Shown: positions 62,501 to 64,000 of the stretch, in pieces
How the letters are laid out: every line of letters starts with the position of its first letter
Numbering within the stretch: position 1 is the first letter of the stretch
DNA from: Takakia lepidozioides
Taxonomy: Eukaryota; Plantae; Bryophyta
Direction of reading: 5' to 3'
DNA: 64,000 bases
Assembly: GCA_030704615.1 (NCBI GenBank)
Contig: CM060731.1
Coordinates: 38,378,001 to 38,442,000, forward strand
Position numbers and translations under genes: made by a program
The notes under the pieces: model-generated
Databases searched by the model: none
Seen by the model: the letters and a program-made list of their open reading frames with translations, nothing else
What the model was told of the DNA's origin: nothing

Positions 62501-63857
62501 AATGCTTTCTTGTGCTGCAGTACAACAGTAATGGCAAGGGATGCACTAGCTTTGATGGATCACTTGGGGTGGCAAAAAGTTCATGTGGCTGGGCATTCCA
62601 TGGGTATTAACTCATTTCTCCCTTCCGTTCCAGTTCCTCTTCCACTTGCGTTTTATTCTCTTTCCCTCTCTTTTTGCTGCTGACACAGCCATTGCCCTAA
62701 CTTGGTAATTAGAATGTTCAAATGGTAACACGCATCTTTCTGCTGTTTCTTCCCTCCAGGGGGTATGATAGCATGCAAACTGGCAGCCATCGCGCCGGAT
62801 CGCATCATATCCTTGGCTCTCATCAGTACCACAGGGGGTGGATATGAGTGCTTGCCAAAGGTACTTTCCATGTCTGCCTCCCTGTTTCTGCTGACACAGC
62901 CCTTTCTATTGCTTCTATTGCAGTGTTGAGAGGGTTATTGCTCTGATATGCACGTTTTTAAGGCCGGGGTTACTTGTGCTTGTGCCATCTGGGTTAGAAT
63001 GGGCAATTTATGATGCAGTGGATCTTCTTACCTTTCTATTGATATATCGTATGGTGTGTTCCAGCTTAACAAGAAGATGTTTTCCATTGCCTATCGCTTT
63101 ATTCGGGCAAAAACTCCAGAAGAAAGGGCGCATGTTGACCTTGACACTCATTATACCCAGGTGAGCTACTTACCAAATCCACTACATGGAAGTCGTGAGA
63201 GGGGAGTAGTATGAAGTTACACAAAAGATGTGAATAAATGCCCTTTCATAGTGATGAAATGTGGTGTGGAGTGCAGGACTATCTGAACACGGTTGTTGGT
63301 GGAGAGAAACGGAGAGCTGTGCTTTACGAGGTAGGGATGGCAGCCAATGAAAATAAGTGCCCTTTCATAGTGATGAAATGTGGTGTGGAGTGCAGGACTA
63401 TCTGAACACGGTTGTTGGTGGAGAGAAACGGAGGGCTGTGCTTTACAAGGTAGGGATGACAGCCATGCTGCCTATCGTCTTGTGATGATTCTGTCTCTTG
63501 GCAAATGCACACTAGTAGCAGTTCTGCTAGCTTTCACCGTGGTGAAGATTTTCTTGTCATGTTTGTGTATTATGCCAGAAATACCTGCAGACACTCTCTT
63601 CTGCTCTGCGGGCTGAACTGTCTGACCTGACTTTATTTGTTACACTAAAGGTCCTGTGGGTTGCTTTATCTTGTGGATCTTGACTTCACATTTTGGGTGG
63701 GTTTGTAGGAGTATGTGAGGAATCTGTCAGCAAGTGGGATGCAGCCTCGTCATGGGCTCGATGGACAGTTCAATGCCTGCTGGACCCACCATGTTGCGTC
63801 CCATGAGATTGAAAAGATACGCTCTTCTGGCATCATTGTTGGAGTCATTCACGGCAG
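58872..63857 (+). CDS. Alpha/beta-fold hydrolase (3'-incomplete in window); exons 58872-58995, 59149-59428, 62521-62603, 62760-62860, 63065-63160, 63277-63330 and/or 63396-63449, 63709-63857
   Basis: KVLLITG-VAATHDSWGPQ, CTFDNRGVGRSS, MARDALALMDHLGW, nucleophile elbow GHSMGG, DLDTHYTQ, VIHG(R). Phases are consistent. Confidence 0.9.
59560..61410 (+). mobile_element. 5'-truncated, frameshifted RTE/RTEX-like non-LTR retrotransposon (family A) in hydrolase intron 2
   Basis: RT motifs NYRTIMV, QAGF, CFVDFHKAFDSV, GVKQGCP, LLYGDD, YRYLG. C-terminal RVGSHNLRIETGRW...CPAC...CPLY. (CATTT)n tail. Starts directly after a (TC)n run. Confidence 0.92.
61463..61880 (+). mobile_element. Second, more diverged 3' fragment of LINE family A
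   Basis: GAGACTGGTAGGTGGGACAACCTGCAACG...CCCATAAGCTCACTGAGCTTT. Interrupted by a family B micro-insert. Confidence 0.8.
63239..63466 (+). repeat. 119-bp tandem duplication containing a whole 54-nt exon with both splice sites
   Basis: Copies start at 63239 and 63358 and encode DYLNTVVGGEKRRAVLYE and DYLNTVVGGEKRRAVLYK. Confidence 0.95.
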
Positions 63858-64000
63858 GCAAGAAAACCTTGCACCATCTTGCATCCTTGTGTGTATCTCT
63901 CGCCGTCACTCTGTGGGCCCTTGCTAATCATACGAGTCTGTGATGGAGAACCAGCCTCATAAAATGATCAGTGGGCGGGATTATGAAGGAAGTGTGAGTG

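Overview
Eukaryotic, intron-rich land-plant DNA. The host probably has flagellated sperm (bryophyte, lycophyte or fern), since it carries a BBOF1/CCDC176 basal-body gene. Host genes rebuilt exon by exon: a head-to-head pair of nucleoside hydrolases from the two plant subclasses (NSH2/URH2-like, - strand, 2636-7997; NSH1/URH1-like, + strand, 15799-19980), an F-box/kelch-type gene, a large DUF688-motif gene, BBOF1, and an alpha/beta hydrolase that runs off the end and has a tandemly duplicated exon. MITEs and LINE fragments lie between and inside these genes. The main object is a complete 17.46-kb Mutator-superfamily (MULE) DNA transposon at 39940-57397, with a perfect 9-bp TSD (ATCAACAAC) and 45 identical terminal bases. 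Its inverted ends are extended by about 2.2-3 kb of modular GGGTTACA/TGTAACCC repeats oriented like telomeres. It encodes a SWIM-finger DDE transposase and a convergent zinc-finger-like/Ulp1 SUMO-protease protein. The same 8-bp motif fills most of its introns and spacers and has invaded one coding exon. This resembles the motif-plus-protein anti-silencing system of Arabidopsis VANDAL elements but appears distinct from it; that interpretation is inference. All family calls rest on recognised motifs, not database searches.
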